Assembly (NCBI RefSeq): GCF_016433145.1
Contig: NC_058135.1
Span: 165,452,582-165,516,581 of the forward strand
DNA length: 64,000 nt
From: Gracilinanus agilis
Taxonomy: Eukaryota
Direction: 5' to 3'
Position numbers and translations under genes: made by a program
The notes under the pieces: model-generated
Told to the model about the DNA's origin: nothing
Database searches by the model: none
Seen by the model: only the letters and a program-made list of their open reading frames with translations
In this document: piece after piece, positions 10,601 through 25,600 of the stretch
Position numbering within the stretch: position 1 is the stretch's first letter
Layout of the letters: the number at the start of each line of letters is the position of its first letter

Positions 10601-13600
10601 TTGAAATCCATCTGCAGACCCACATATATTTGAATCACATTTTACAGATGAAGATCTTTCATCTGTAAAATTAGGGGTTTGGAATTTATGACTTTTAAGG
10701 TTGATTCCATCTACACATAGATGATTCTGTGATTATGGAAGGTCTCAAGACACCAGTCAAGAGCTCATTCCTCCATGGCAAGGAGAACAGAAAGATGTTT
10801 GCAATTAGTCTGATTACCCCAGTTACTTCTGAGCTCCCTAAATAATCACTCAAAGCATTAAAAGTCATTTAAGCAAGGCCTTCCAGTTGAGTGACAGATA
10901 CCATTCACTCTTCTTCCCCAGTATTAATGGATGGACAGTTAGGGTCCTTGGATATCAAAATGAATAGTGAATTTATGTGGTTTCAGTTTTTGGAGACAGC
11001 ACTGAATTTTTAAGAATAGTGATTTGAAAATTGTAACTCGGTAAGGGAATCTTGGGATTGTAAGGAATTTTGATGATACGAGCTAGTGTAGAAATGTTAA
11101 ATAAAGAAAGGACTTTTAAAAGAAGAATTGGAAAAGAAAAGGAAAATCAATCTCCAAATTCAGACAAATGTAGATAAAAAATGTAGGTGTGTTTGGCAAA
11201 AAAACTTCTAATAACCCTTCACGGTATGATGCATTTCTCCTATTCCTGGTAACAAAGGTACATCAAGTAGCCAAAAACATTTAGTCATTTGTTTAGTTTA
11301 AAAATCAGTGTTTTGGTGAAGACAGTTAAAATGTTTCTAGGTGGAGAAGAACGTGGGTCCAATAAATTCAATTGCATTAAAATAGTTTAGCTGTTTACCT
11401 GAAGAAAAAGAAAAAAAATAATTGCTGACAGGGAGGGGAAGACTTTTGCTTCTCTGCCCTTTGCCTTCTTTTAGGGGATTGGGGGTAAGAATAACTTTGG
11501 TTGTTTGAGATGAAAAATCTCTCCTAAAATAGGGTATTTTGGGGATCTCTGACCCAGAGAGAGAGAGGCTGGATGGTGCAGTAGGCTGAATTCAGAATCT
11601 TGGGAGCTGGGTTCATATTCTGTCATTTTAGCTTAAAACCTGTGTCAACTGATTTGTCTTTTCTAGAATCCCTCTTTACTCATCTGTAAATAAAGCGGCC
11701 TGGGCTTATCAGATGATTGCTAAGGTTCTTTCTAGCCTCTGCCTCTACATCTATGATCCCTTCTTTGTTCTTCAAAATAATTCAGATGCAATCACTGTAG
11801 GAATGAGTTTGGTTGGAGTATGAGGAAATCAGGCACAGAGGTAGCCAGTAAGTTTTGTAATTTAGGGGACCAGAGAAAGTCTGAGAGTTGCTCTGTTAGT
11901 CCGGTTCCTGTGACTACTGTCCAAGCAATTTTATGTTTTTCAGTGTCTGTGAGTAAAAGAAATATAATTAATTCTGCCATGGAGGAAACCAGCAAAGTCT
12001 GATTATAGGCTTATTGCTACATAACAAATAGAATGGACTTGATCACAGTAAAGTGGAAGCAGACTTTTTGCTATTTCACTTTTAAGTTAATCACTGTTTT
12101 AATGATTGTTTTGACCTGTGCCTGCAAGGAATGCATTTTCTGAGCTTGGCCTCTGACCCTAGTCAAGCCTCCTCACCAAAGCCTCTAGCTGTACTTCATT
12201 TCTGTTTTCTCTGTGTTCCAGCCTGACCTCGGGTTATTCTACTGTATCACATATCCCTGGGCCATCTCTTTGGCAGGAGATTTTGTAGCTCAGGTGCAGT
12301 GAACCAGAGACCTTTAACAAGAAGTCAGATCAGTGAATTTGCCCAATGTTTGCCATTTGGTCCTATCCACAAATAATTAAGATTTGGAAATATCCTAGTG
12401 GAAGGTCAGAGTACCACTGGCCTGCAGTTACATCAACTGATTCTCTGTTACAGCTTGGAAGGAGTAGGATGCAGGGCAAAGAGATAGTGACAGGCTGGGA
12501 CTCGGATCTCTTATGCAGTCACTAATTGGTAAGCAAGCGTCTTCACATCTCTGGGTTTCAGGTTTTTCATCTATAGAACAGGAATAAAAAAGAACTGCCT
12601 CTACTTGGGTTGTAAGCGTATTGAGAAGATAAAATTAAATAGTGAGATATGAAAATGATTTGTACTGAATACTTGGAGGTGCTGTGATTGTGTCAATATG
12701 GGAAATGCCTGCCTTTCTGTTACCATCCCAGGGTGGTGTTTGAGGCACTTGGAGGGTCAGGATCATGTTCAATAGACACAAATAAAGGTCAGAATGGGTT
12801 TTGAACCTCGCTCTCCCTGACTACAAACCTCATATTCTATCTATTACGACAGGACATTTAAAAAAGTTGTGGGTGTTGTTTTTTTTTTTTAAGTTAAGGC
12901 AAAGTGGTATAATAGGTCCTTGTTCCCTTAACTTTTATCCTATTTATTGCTAGCTTTCAGAGAGTACTATTATCAGATAGGTATAGTTAGAGACAAGAAT
13001 ACTACAGAACAGTATTAAAATGCTTGATTTCCTACATATTGTTTTCTTTTCTTAAAATTTCCTATTACATTATTACCAGGAGTTAATAAGATTTCAAGTG
13101 TATACTCTGGTTTATAACATTGTAAATGATATTGCACAGATGTATTCCTATGTTCTAATTTGTTTTTCTTAATAAGTACTAGAGAATAAGGTTAAAAACA
13201 GGAATTAAAAATCCTCTCAGATCTTTTTCCTGATGAAATTCTATGATATCAAATCACTTTGGTACAACATTTAATTTTAACATTTTCCTGGAGCCTAGCT
13301 TCTAAACTATATTAAAGTGGATGATATCAACATTCTTTACCCTTTTTTTATGCTTGACTATAACCCTTTTGGTTCTATAGATATCCCTTCCCCATCGTGA
13401 TTTCAATATATCTTGGGTCAGCATAAGAAATTAAATGGGAATTTGGGGGGGAATTTTATGGAAGCCACAGACATCATGACACATACAATGACATCAAAAG
13501 TTTAGAAATGACCTGGTTTGGCCTATAGGCAAATACGTAACCCAAATATTACAATAAGATACTGTAAAAACCCTATAAAAGAAAAAGAAAATTCAGACTT

Positions 13601-16600
13601 CTCTGGAATGAGTGAGGGCCAAAACATTAGATGTGGATTTTCCAAGTCGTGGAGGCACTGTACCCTTAACCCCTACAATGTGGAAGAGATACCTGTACTT
13701 CTTTCAGAGTGACTGAGTTGCATGAAAATTTGTTCACTCTAGTTGATTTGTCTCCATGGTTATTTACTAGAAGAATAAATTCTGGATATGCTACTCTGTA
13801 AAGTGGATGGTTAGTGGGTAAGTAAACATCATTCTGGCTATTGAGCTTGCATATTTTCAACTAATAGAGCCAGCAACCAATGGGATGTTTAGGTATAGTC
13901 TTCACCATTTGCCCTGCTTTTTGCGCATCATCCCAACATTTATAATTTTGGAATTACTCAAACTCTTGACTGAAAAAATCATCCCCAATTGGTTTAGACT
14001 TGGGCTTATCCTGGATAATAACTATGTTCTAATAACTCTGTTTCTCCAGTTATTTTCTGTGTTACTTGCAGAGCTTTTGTGCACCTCGGACAAGGGGCTG
14101 AGTAGGGCTGGAGAAGCTCACCTGGGATATGTGTATGTGAGGGAAGTGTGGGGAGAAGGAAATACTTTCTGGGACAGTACTTTTAATGCTTTCTGAATTC
14201 CAGCATGTCAGAGCCAAGCCTGGTTGTTTGTCCTAGTTATGGCTGTGGCTATATGGGGGAGTCTTTTTTCCCCCTTACCTTCATTCTTTTCATTCCTCAA
14301 TCTTTTTTTTGAAAAGTCACAGAGACCAATGAGGGAATTTGTTTTGCTTATTTGTTACAAAGTTTTCCCCAATAAAGGAAGAGGAAAAAAAGTTTCATTG
14401 AATGAAAAAAATAAAAACAAATAATGAGAGAAGTCTGCATTTCCCGTAATAACCCTTGGGATGAATTGGCCCTAAACTAGTTGATCCTTTGACTCTGCCT
14501 TTCTGAAAGGAGACACAACCCATAGATTTTTTGGTTTTTTAAACAGATCTATTTTGGATTGTGTTTTTTCTTTAAATCCTTTTTTATTCAAATATGTAAA
14601 CTACTTTCAATATTCTTTTCTTAGAAAATGCCTAAATCAAGAATTTCAAACAAGCAGGAGGAGAGGAGCTAAATGCCTTAATTTTTTTTTTAAAAAGAAC
14701 TCTTACTTTCTGTCTTAGAATCCATACTCAGTATCAGTTCCAAAACAGAAGAGCCCTAAGGGTTAGGCAATTGGCCTTAAATCACTTGCCCAGGATTACA
14801 CAGATAGGATTTATCTGAGACAAGATTTGAACCCAGGCCTGTTCACTATCCATTGAGTCACCTAGCTGCCCCCTTCATTTTTTTAAAGTAATATTTTTTG
14901 CATGGAAATAACTTTTCTACCATAATATTTTTTTGTGTGGTTAGCCTTTATTATAATAAAATGTCAATTAAGTCTAAGATGTAATGCTAATTAACTTTAG
15001 AAAAATTTATACATATCTGTAATAATTTAGCAGTTATTCTTACTCACCTTGCATATCTAATAGTCATTTGTCAAATCTTGTCACCTCTGTCTCTATAACA
15101 TCCTTTAGTTATATGTTTTCTTCTCCATTTCCATAACCATGACCCTAATTAAGGCCTGTATAACCACTCACCTGGACTATTTTGGTGAATTTTTATTTGC
15201 TCTTCCTACCTCAAGCTTCTCCTCTCTTCAGTCTATCTTCTACCTGGCTGTCACTGAGATTTTCCTAAAGCACAGACAGATCTGCCTATTTCCACCTCAA
15301 TTCTCCCTAACAGTAAAATACAATGGCTTCCTATTATATCTGGAATCAAATATAAACTCCACTTTGGGGCATTTAAAACTCTTCACATCCTGGCCCCTTC
15401 TAATCTGTTCAGTGTTCTTCTTCACGTACTGTATAAGACAGTCATGTTTGGTGTTCTAAACAAATTCTCCATCTCCTTTCTTTTGCCTCTTTGCCTGCCT
15501 AGAGTCTCAGCTCTAGGTAAATCCCTTATTGATCACTCCCTTCTTCTCCATCCACTCCCCCTCTATGTGTCTTATTTTCCTCTATTTGTAGCTGTATATC
15601 TAGTACCCAGCATAGTGCCTGGCACATATGTAAGCACTTAATAAATGCTTTTTCTTCTATTCATTCATTCATTCATGAGTCTGTTCTTTTTCTTTTTTTT
15701 AAACCCTTACCTTCCATCTTGGAGTCAATACTGAGTATTGGCTCCAAGGCAGAAGAGTGGTATGGGCTAGGCAATGAGGGTCAAGTGACTTGCCCAGGGT
15801 CACATAGCTAGGAAGTGTCTGAGGCCAGATTTGAACCTAGGACCTCTGGTCTCTAGGCCTGGTTCTCAATTCACTGAGCTACCCAGCTGCCCCCTGTTCT
15901 TTCTTAATTGCCTCTACCAGAATCATCATGAAGCAAATTGTATTTCCAAACCTCTTTACTGGGAGCTTCATTTCCTTTTCTCCTGGGGTGATGTCTTACT
16001 TAGCTGTTGGGCTGCCAAGCTCATCTATTCACCTTCATGGGATATTAGAGTTAGAGGGGACATCAGGCTGCCTAATCCTATCCATATATGTAAACCCAGA
16101 ATTTCTTGGCAAACATTTTCCATGGAAGGTATGTGTTGTCTATGTAGGTTTTATATGTGTGTGTGTGTGTGTGTGTAAAATATGTCTTTAAAATTTGGTT
16201 GGAAGAGGTCACTTTGCACTTTGATTCCTATTTGGAGGAAAGTAGGAGATACGGCCTGGGTTTTTTGAACTACTGTTGAAGACTGCCTTGGTGGACTGAA
16301 AGATGACTCAATGTAGTATATCTGTACAAGGGGTAGAGCTGGCAGGAGAGTTGGAGAAGAGTCTTTTTTTTCTTCCAGCTTGGAGAGAAGACACAAGTGG
16401 TTCCAGTTCCTACTGGAGAGGACCCTGGAGAGAAGTAGGATAGGCTTTGGAAAGACAGCTGGCCCCCCAACATGTCTGTTTTCCCAAAATCTGTTCTTTG
16501 GTTCCTTCCCAGCCCTTCTTCCCCAGAGGGTTTGGGATTACTTATGTCTTCTCTTGAAGGAATAAGGAAAAAGGGCTCTTTCCAAGTTCTGCCTCCTACT

Positions 16601-19600
16601 TCTCCCTTCATATAGTGTTGGGTAATCAGTTTCTCTGTGAGGTTTTGAAACCTGTATTACTTCAAAAAATGGGTCATCCAACCCTTGTTTGAAGACTATC
16701 CAAGAAAGAGGAACCCACTATCTCCTATGGCAATCCATTCTGCTTGTGAATACCTCTTAAGTGTCAGGATGTTTTTCTTATAAACAAGCCTATATCTTCC
16801 TCTTTGCACCTTCTCTCCATAAAATTAGTTCTGTTCTTTAAGGCTAAGCAGAATAAGTTCAGTTCCTTTTCTGTGGTACCAATTCTTCAAATATTTGAAG
16901 TATAGTTTTCAAGTCCCTTTAAGACTTTATTCTCTATCATGGACTGGGGGCAAAGAGCAAAATAGCTCCCCCCCCCCCCCCACAACTTACATGCTAATAA
17001 GGTAGCCAGCATCTACATTAAAAAGCATATACAAGATACACAGTGATTATGTGGAAGATTACTTTAGAGGGGAAGGAACTAACAGCTGAGGGTACTGGGA
17101 AAACTCTTCTCTACAGGGTGTTATTCGAGGGGAGTCTTGAACTAAATCAAGGATTTCAAGAGGTAAAGATAAGTAGGGAGAATCTTCTAGACAAAGGTAG
17201 GTAGATAGGTGAGAGGAGGAAGAGCAAAATCATAAAGCTGTGTAGAGGAATAATGTGTAAGAAGAATAGGAAGAGAAGGGGTCACATTGGAGCTTTAAAT
17301 TCCAAGCAGAGGACTTTATATTTTATTTATTTACTTATATTTATATTAATATTTTAATATATTTATATATTTATTTATCATATTTACTTTATATTTGTAG
17401 ATTCTTGAGGTACTAAGAAGCCACTGGCAGTGTTGTCTGTCAAAGACCTGGCACCCATGCAAGCCACACTTGGGAGCTGCTCCCTTTCCCTTTTGCTCAG
17501 AGCCTTAGGACATTTTTTGCATGCCCCACCCATCAGCCTAGCAGCTATAAGCAAGCACTTTCTCTCTCTACTCTCTCTGGTAAAGGGGGAGGGAAATCAC
17601 TGACTGCTTGAACTTACCCTCTGGATACTCAATCTCTAAAGGTTCGCCTGTTGAGGCACTAGGGTTTGTGTAGACCAGATTTGTGTTTTTGAAAAATCAC
17701 TGGTGACTATGAGGAAGATGAATTGGAGTGGGGAGAGACTTGAGGAAAGATTCCCATTAGGAGGCTGTCACAGTTTGTAACTATGCTGGTAGTCACTAAC
17801 CTGTGCATATTCCTCCTCCATACCCTGAAGAGGTTAAAGAGGAAAAGGAATCATATGTACAAGAATATTATAGCAGCTCTTTTTGTAGAAGCAAAAAATG
17901 GGATGCAAAATAGGTACCCATCAACTGGAGAATGGCTGAACAAATTATGGTATATGACCATAATGAAATATTACATCCTTAGAGGTCAGGAAAGGGATAA
18001 TTTAGAGAAACTAGGGAAAACTTGTATGAACCAATGCAGAGTGATAGGAGCAGAACCAGAACAATTTTTACAGTCACTACAATACAGATTAAAATGCTTT
18101 TTGAAAGCCATATGAACTATGGTTAATGTGATGATTGCCCACAATTCCAGAGTATTAATGATGAAACATGCTGCCAATCCCCTGACAGAGAGGCAAAAGA
18201 CTCAGGTGCAGAATGAGACATTTTTTTTTTGGACATGGTCAATGTGAGGATTAGTTTTGCTTGACTGTGCATTGTCATAAGGATTTCTCTTCCTCCATTT
18301 TTAACTTGAGGGGGAGAGAGAGTGGATCTAGCACCTGGTTTGCCAAAGGAAAAGAAATAAAAGAAAAAAGGTAATTGAAGCATTTTCTAAAAAACACCAT
18401 CACCACCAACAGAAGAGAACAGAATGAAGGCCAGAAGGAAATAAAGATAAGCCAGACAACTTTGAATGTTAATGTTGGATTTCTTTTATAGTTAAGAGGA
18501 AAAGCAAACTTTAGAGATTTATAGTTCTGTGCACAATTTTTTTTTTCCTGGTTTGGTGAAAAGGTGATGAGTGCCTCAGCTAGGATAGAGGTTAAATGAG
18601 TAGATGGAGAAGACATAGCTGAGTCAAATTATAGAGAAACATTCTATGCTTTAACTGATTCTTATGTAACATAATCTCAAAGGTCTTTTAGCAAAGTTCT
18701 TAATAAAATCTGGCATCCACACCTAAGCACAATGTTTCAGATAGGGCTTGACTAAGGTAGAGCATAGTAGGTGAATAACCCCCTTATTCTTGGATTCTTT
18801 TAATGACCCCCAAGCTCATATTAACCCTGTACTAATTATTTGAGGGTGAGCCTAATCTCTTACCCCTAGTTGTGCAAGGGCAAATCAAGAAGTCATGGAC
18901 ATTCTTAGCCTGATAATCAAGACCCCCTTGCCTCCTATATAATAAAACAGCTATTCCAATATTTAGTTCCAGTAACCCTGGAGTGCTTCCTGTGTTCTGT
19001 GCTGTCCATTCTCATTGTTCCTTCAATCCAATGCTTAGATATTTGTTTAGGTACTTTCCCACATATAGGAATCAGAGAATGGGGGTTTGAATTTTAATTC
19101 TGACATTTCCTGGATGCTGTTAGACAAGCTGCTTCTCTTTTCTATATATCAGTTTATGCATTGTAATGGGATTAACACAGAACAGATTTTCTTAACTAAA
19201 TGAGCTTTAACGTCCCTTCCAGCTCTAAATCTATGATTCTGAGCTGTCTATCCTTCATGGCCCCAGCTCCAGGTCCCCACCTTCATGAAGCCTCTCTTAC
19301 AGGGAGCTCTTACTCCTCTGACCTTTTAGAATTTTTATTGTGGCTCTCCATGGAGAATGCTTTTATTTTAGACTGAGTTAGCTTTCTGCTTTCTTCTTTT
19401 TCCAATTTTCCAAGTGTAAACACAGATATAGTAAAGATTTGAGTCATCTCCAACTTGAAAACTTTGATTTGTCATTAGTTCTAGTGCTATCTTTAGTTTT
19501 GTTTTATATTTCCTTAAGTAAAGTTGTAGTATTCTTTGGAAATTTTTGAGAAAAAGATGTATATGTTTCCCTTCTAAAAGGTTTTGGAGTCCCTGGGTCC

Positions 19601-22600
19601 CTGGGTCAGAGAGCAGATTATTAGACTTCATATGATCTCTTCTATCTCTATAATCCCTAGGGAATTCTCAGGAAAACCTCAAAGGGAGGGACTGTAGGAT
19701 TGAGCTTCCACCCTACAGTCGCTGTATTCTGATTCACTGACACCAATTATCTGTGTAATCTTGGGCAATTCACTTCCCTCTGTCTCAACTTGTTCTTATG
19801 TTGAACTGACATCCATAAAGTTGCCATGAAGTCTAATTAATTAACAGTTATTATAAATGCTTTAAAAATGTGTGTTTAATGGGTCATCTTCGATTTTCTC
19901 TTTTCTTCTTGTGAACATAAGTAGAAATTAATGCAATCCCCTAGCGATATTCACTTCCTCATTTGCTTTCACTCAGATTCATGCATTGTCCCAGTAACAA
20001 ATTACTTCTTAGTATACCTCATTTTTTAACCCATTGCTCACTGTTCCTTGATTTTCTTTGTTGTTGTTGCTTTCCTGCTCATACTAGGGAGAAGCAGCAT
20101 GGTACCCTGGAAAGGAGATGGCCTGGGAGTCAGGATATAAGGTTTCTAATTCTCCTGTTAACTTCTCTGGGTAACTGTGGACAAATCACTTTGCCTTTCC
20201 AGGCCATGTGGATTTGCACTTGGTTCCAATAGGCCCTTCCAATTCTTTTCAATAGTTTGTCCTATGTTTTTATATGACCTTCTTGAGTTATATGCTCATG
20301 ATCCACTATTCTTCTTGTCTTTCCCATCCTGTACAGTAGCATTCTTCTGTCTCAATTGAGTTTTTGTTTGTTGCAAAGAAGAAAACTTACTAGTATTCTT
20401 TAGTTTGGTTTTGTATTACAAATTGTATCATAATATTCTTTATTTCCCTTTTCCATTTATCTCATCCATTTAGACTTCCTAGTTGCATTGTAGCTTACTC
20501 ACACTGTTTTTAGATTCATTCTGTAAGAGCTAACATTATCAACTCCCCTCTGGGGCTCATTGCTGTTCAGAATATTTTTTGAAAGATTGCCATACTTTTA
20601 CTGGCAGAAATATGAAGCTCAGAATTTTCTCTATCTTTAGATCCTTGATTTTCTCTGTTGAACCATAAAGCAGTCATGCATTGCACTAGTTATGCGTTGA
20701 GTTTCTCCACTAGGATATAGAAGTCAGTCATTATTTGTTAAGAGATTGAGCTAAGAGGAAGAACTAGTAGAGTAGTGTTTCTGAGTCTGAGGAAGGGGAA
20801 GAGTATCCAATAGGAGGGTGGGGGTAGTTAATAGGGTCATAAGCTACAGAAAAGTCAGAGGAAGACTGAAAAGGAGAATGGCCTTTGGCTATTGGGAGGT
20901 CATTAGTGAATTAGAGAAATTTCTATAGAATTATAGGAATGGAAGCTAGGTGGAAAGTGAAGAGGAGAATAAGTAGGGAGCAAATAGGAGTACTGGGCTT
21001 AGGTAAGTCTTTTCTCCCAAATAATTTAATCGTGAAGACGAAGGAGATGAAGGAGATGGTAGTGTGGTTGAGTGGGCTAGATGGACAAAGAAAGATTGTT
21101 TTAAGATTGTTGAAACTTGAATGCTTTTGTAGGCAAAGGGGAAGGAACCAGTGGAGAGTGAGATTTAAAATGTATGAGAAATTTGATATGACTCAGAGCA
21201 AGATTCTAAAGGAGGTAGGAAATGAGAGTCAAAGCTGGATAAAAGAGAGAGTTGGATAGTCCTTACTGAGTCAAGACATTACCCCATGATGTCTTTGGTC
21301 TTCTTTGAAAATGGACAGACAAGAGTAGCTATTTTTAGGGTCAGAGGGAGAAAGAAAAAAGGTTGTAATCTTGATATAATTTGAGCATGGAGAAGATGGC
21401 CTAGTTGATAAGTTTCCCTCTATATACATGAGGGAAACCTGGCAGGTTTACCAGTCTGTAAGCATAGTATTGGCAGTTAGGTGGTACAGTGGATAGAGCT
21501 TTCAGCCTGGAGTCTGATACTTTTTATCTTTATTTATTTATTTATTTATTTATTTTTTAGTTTTAATTTTGAATATTTTCCCATAGTTACATATTTCATG
21601 GTCTTTCCCTCTCCCCAAAACTCCCCTAACCCCCCTTAGCTGATGCATAATTCCACTGGCTTTTACATGTATCATTGATCAAGACCTAATTCCATATTAT
21701 TGATAGTTAGACTGGAGTTATCATTTAGTGTCTACATCCCCAATAATATCCCCATCAGCCCATGTGATCAAACAGTTGTTTTTCTTCTGTGTTTCTGTTC
21801 CCACAGTTCTTCCTCTGAATGTGGCTAGTTTTCTTTCTCATAAGTCCCTCAGCCTTGCTCTGGATTCTTGCATTGCTGTTGGTAGAGAAGTCCGTTATGT
21901 TCGATTGTTCCACAGTGAACTCAGATACTTTTTAGCTGGATGTCCTTGGGCAAGTTGTTTAACCTTGTTTACCTCAGTTTCCTCCTCTGTAAAATTAACA
22001 GGAGAAGGAAAGGGCAAACCATTCCAGTTTCCTTTGCCAGTTATCCCAGTTAGGTTCATAAAGAATCAGATAGGACTGAACAACAACAAATAGCATAATA
22101 TAAATCAGCAGTAAGATGCTGCAACCATTAGGAAGGGCAGAAGGAAGGAAAAAAATGTTTATTAAATTCCTGCTTTGTGGCAGTCATTGTGCTAAGCATT
22201 TTACAAATGTTACCTTGTTTAATTCTCAAAACAACCATAGAAGGGGAGTATGTTCCTCATTCCAGGTTCAGCTAGAATCTCTCCACTGTGCCACCTACCT
22301 GCCATAAAAGTTACTGTGGTCTTACAATGTAATAACATGTGTTTAATGTCCAGACCAAGAGAGATAATAGTTTGATGAAATTCTACCCTGTTAAAAATCA
22401 CAGGGGGCAGCTGGGTAGCTCAGTGGATTGAGAGCCAGGCCTAGAGACAGGAGGTCCTAGGTTCAAACCCGGCCTCAGCCACTTCCCAGCTGTGTGACCC
22501 TGGGCAAGTCACTTGACCCCCATTGCCTACCCTTACCAATCTTCCACCTATAAGCCAATACACAGAAGTTAAGGGTTTAAAAAAATTAAAAAAAAATCAC

Positions 22601-25600
22601 ATCTAAGACATCTGGTCTAATTCTGGGTACCACATTTTCAGAGCATCATTGACCCACACAGGGATGATTTCCTGTCTGCATTTCTTCCAATTTATATGTT
22701 ACATAAATTGGTTTTCTGAACCCAAGGGTAGATCTTGATATTTATCTAAAGAATCTTACTCTTCTTGACTTCAGCATACTGTTTAGCCTGCTAAGCCCAT
22801 TTTTTATGAATCATTTTTCAACCTAACCCAATGAATTATGAAGATCAAATGAGATGATATTTATAACATGCTTAGCACAGTGTTTGGCACATACTTAGGA
22901 GCTATATAAATATTAAGCCGTTGTTGTTGTTAGACCTCCTGGATTATGACAAGATTAGAAATAATGCTGAATATATGTCAGTTGGAAAGAACTGAGGATG
23001 TTTAGTCTGGAGAGGAGAAGACTGAGGAGCATCATGATTTGCTCTTCAAATATTTGTGGAATTGTTCCATGGAAGAGGGTTTAGATAATATTCTTAGTGG
23101 TCCCAGAACACAGGACTAATTGGATAATTACTGGAAACTGGATTTCAGCTTAGTATAAGGAAATGCTTCTTAAGAAATATGCTTATCTCAAAGATGAATG
23201 GAGGCTGGTCCTCTGAGGCTATTTTGAAAGTAACAACTCTTAGTATAATTTTTTTTTTTCCTTTGGAAGAGGATGGGCCAGTAAGAGCAGACAAGAGACA
23301 GGAAGGACAGCTTATTCAAAATTTCAGGCTTCCATGGGGTTTTAGAAGTTATCTAATATTTTCATTTTTTGAATGAGAAAACTGAATCCCAGGGAAGATA
23401 AATAACTTGTTTAATGTTACCCAGGTAACAAATAGCAAAGGTAGGGTTTGTACCCAAGTCCTAGGAACTTTCCTGTAGTGTCAATGGAATTACAAATCTA
23501 GGAACTGAAGGATGAAAATTATAGCCCTTTTCACTGTTAATCTATTTTATTACCCTGATTCTTGGGTATGAGCTCAACTTGGGTATTTACCTCAACTACA
23601 ACTGCTGCCATTGGAGGCTTAGCTCAGGTTCATTCTTTTCAGGAAGAACCATACCCATCAATTGAGGAATGGCTAAACAAGTTGTGGCATATGATTGTGA
23701 CAGAATATTACTGGGCTGTAAGAAATGATGAGCAGGTTAATTTTGGAAAAATGTGGAAAAACCAACATGAAGTTAGGAAGAGTGAAATGAACAGAATCAA
23801 GAGAACATTATATATGGCCACAGAAATATTGTTTGAAGAATGACTCGTGTATGTCCACTTCCAGAAAGAGAACTGATAAATAGAAATAAGACATGATTTT
23901 ATATACACATTTTTAAAAAAAGAACACACGTAGCTCATTTTTTCATTAGGAGCAGGGATTTTCAAATAACATACTTCTTAGGTGATTGAACAAGAGAGTA
24001 ACTGATTTTAGGAAGATTTATTTTTTTATGGTGGGGTTTTTTGGACATTTCTGGAGTTGAGGACATTTCTGTTTCAGGGAGAAATGTTTTGTGAGATCTA
24101 AGTTCTACAGTTTTATGTTAAACGTGTATCCTGCAAAAAAAAAAAACAAAAAAAACAAAAAAAATGAGATTCAGAATCACAGAATGTCAAAGTGGAACCC
24201 ATATCTGGATCATTATCTTATTCAGCCAACATTTATTAAATTTCTATTTTATGCAGAGCTCTGGGGATGCCAGTCCCTAACCTCAAGAAGCTTACATTCT
24301 ACCAGGGGAATACAACATGTACTCAGATAAGCAACTACAAAGTATATACAAAGTAAATATAAAATAATTTCTGAAAGGGGAGGGCAGTAATAACTGGGAC
24401 CATTAGGAAAATCTTCTTATAGGAGGAGTTTAATAGTTGAACCCATGAAGGAAGCTCAAGATTCATACAGGCAGAGAAGTGTGAGTTGGCAGGGGAGGTT
24501 GGTGAGGGGATCCCGTTGTTTTTGTCTGGAGACACATGAGTTTGTTTTTGAATCTGTAAAATCCCAGAGGCCTTGAACATAGCAATGGTAGGTGCTAGAT
24601 ATATATTTTTTAAAATTTGAATTGAGGTTTTTGTTTTTGTTTTTTGACCTTGGTTTTATGCTGATACTGATGCTTATCAAAGCAAATGACCAGCAATTTA
24701 GAGGCTTAGAGAGTTGCTTGGGATGTGAAGTGATTTATTGAGATGTCATAGTTCTATCAGAAGGCAAGATTTGAACCTAGGGCTCCCTGACTCCAAGACC
24801 TTCTCTCTATCCAATCAAGTTGAAATGGATTTATAAGATTGAAATCATGGTAAGTGAACACTCATTTTAGTCTCTTAAGTCGGAGATTCTTAACCTGAGA
24901 TCAAAGCACTTGTTTTTTTTTTAAATATATGCGTTGATAAATTTATTTCAATATAATAACTGGTTTTCTTTTGTAAACCTTTATTTAGTGCATTTAAAAA
25001 CATTCTGAGAAGGGGTGTATAGTTATCACCAGACTGCCAGTGATATCCAAGACACACAAAAAGGTTAAGAATACCTGTTCTAGGGACATGAATTTCTTTT
25101 GATGTATTACAGGGATGTGTCTTAGAAGGAGAAACCAGTAATGTATAGATTCATGCGTTACTAGAGACAATAGATTTAAGCAGCATTGTACTTTACTGCA
25201 TTCCTAAGTGACAGGTAAAGAAATTAGATTACTGGAACAGCAGATAGAATATACAAATTGAGTGGGGAGGAAAAGACAATTTAGATGTGGCTAGAAAATT
25301 CTATCCCTTTGAATTATTTGTTTTATTGGGGATTGGTTTTGCATTTAAACTTTTCCAAGTCTCCAGTCATAGTTGTGCCTATTTTCACCCCATTCATTCA
25401 GCTCTTTAGAAGCTATTTCCCTCTGTTGACAGGAAATGCTAATTGTGTGCAGCAAGAGACAAGCTCAAATGAGATTAAATAAATTTTTATAGTAACTTAA
25501 CATCCAATAACCAAAACAAAGAAGTTTACCGAATAAGTATAATCTCCTAAAAAGTATTTTAATAGTCAGTGAGGTAGAAACAAATAACATTAATGAATGA

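Noticed and set aside
17313-17400. About 85-bp almost pure A/T stretch
   Set aside because: Low-complexity decayed tail; no specific function supportable.
24820-24849. Possible 30-nt in-frame microexon ([10 protein letters not shown]) with donor ATG|gtaagt
   Set aside because: Weak AAG acceptor next to a SINE remnant; such site pairs arise by chance in 27 kb.
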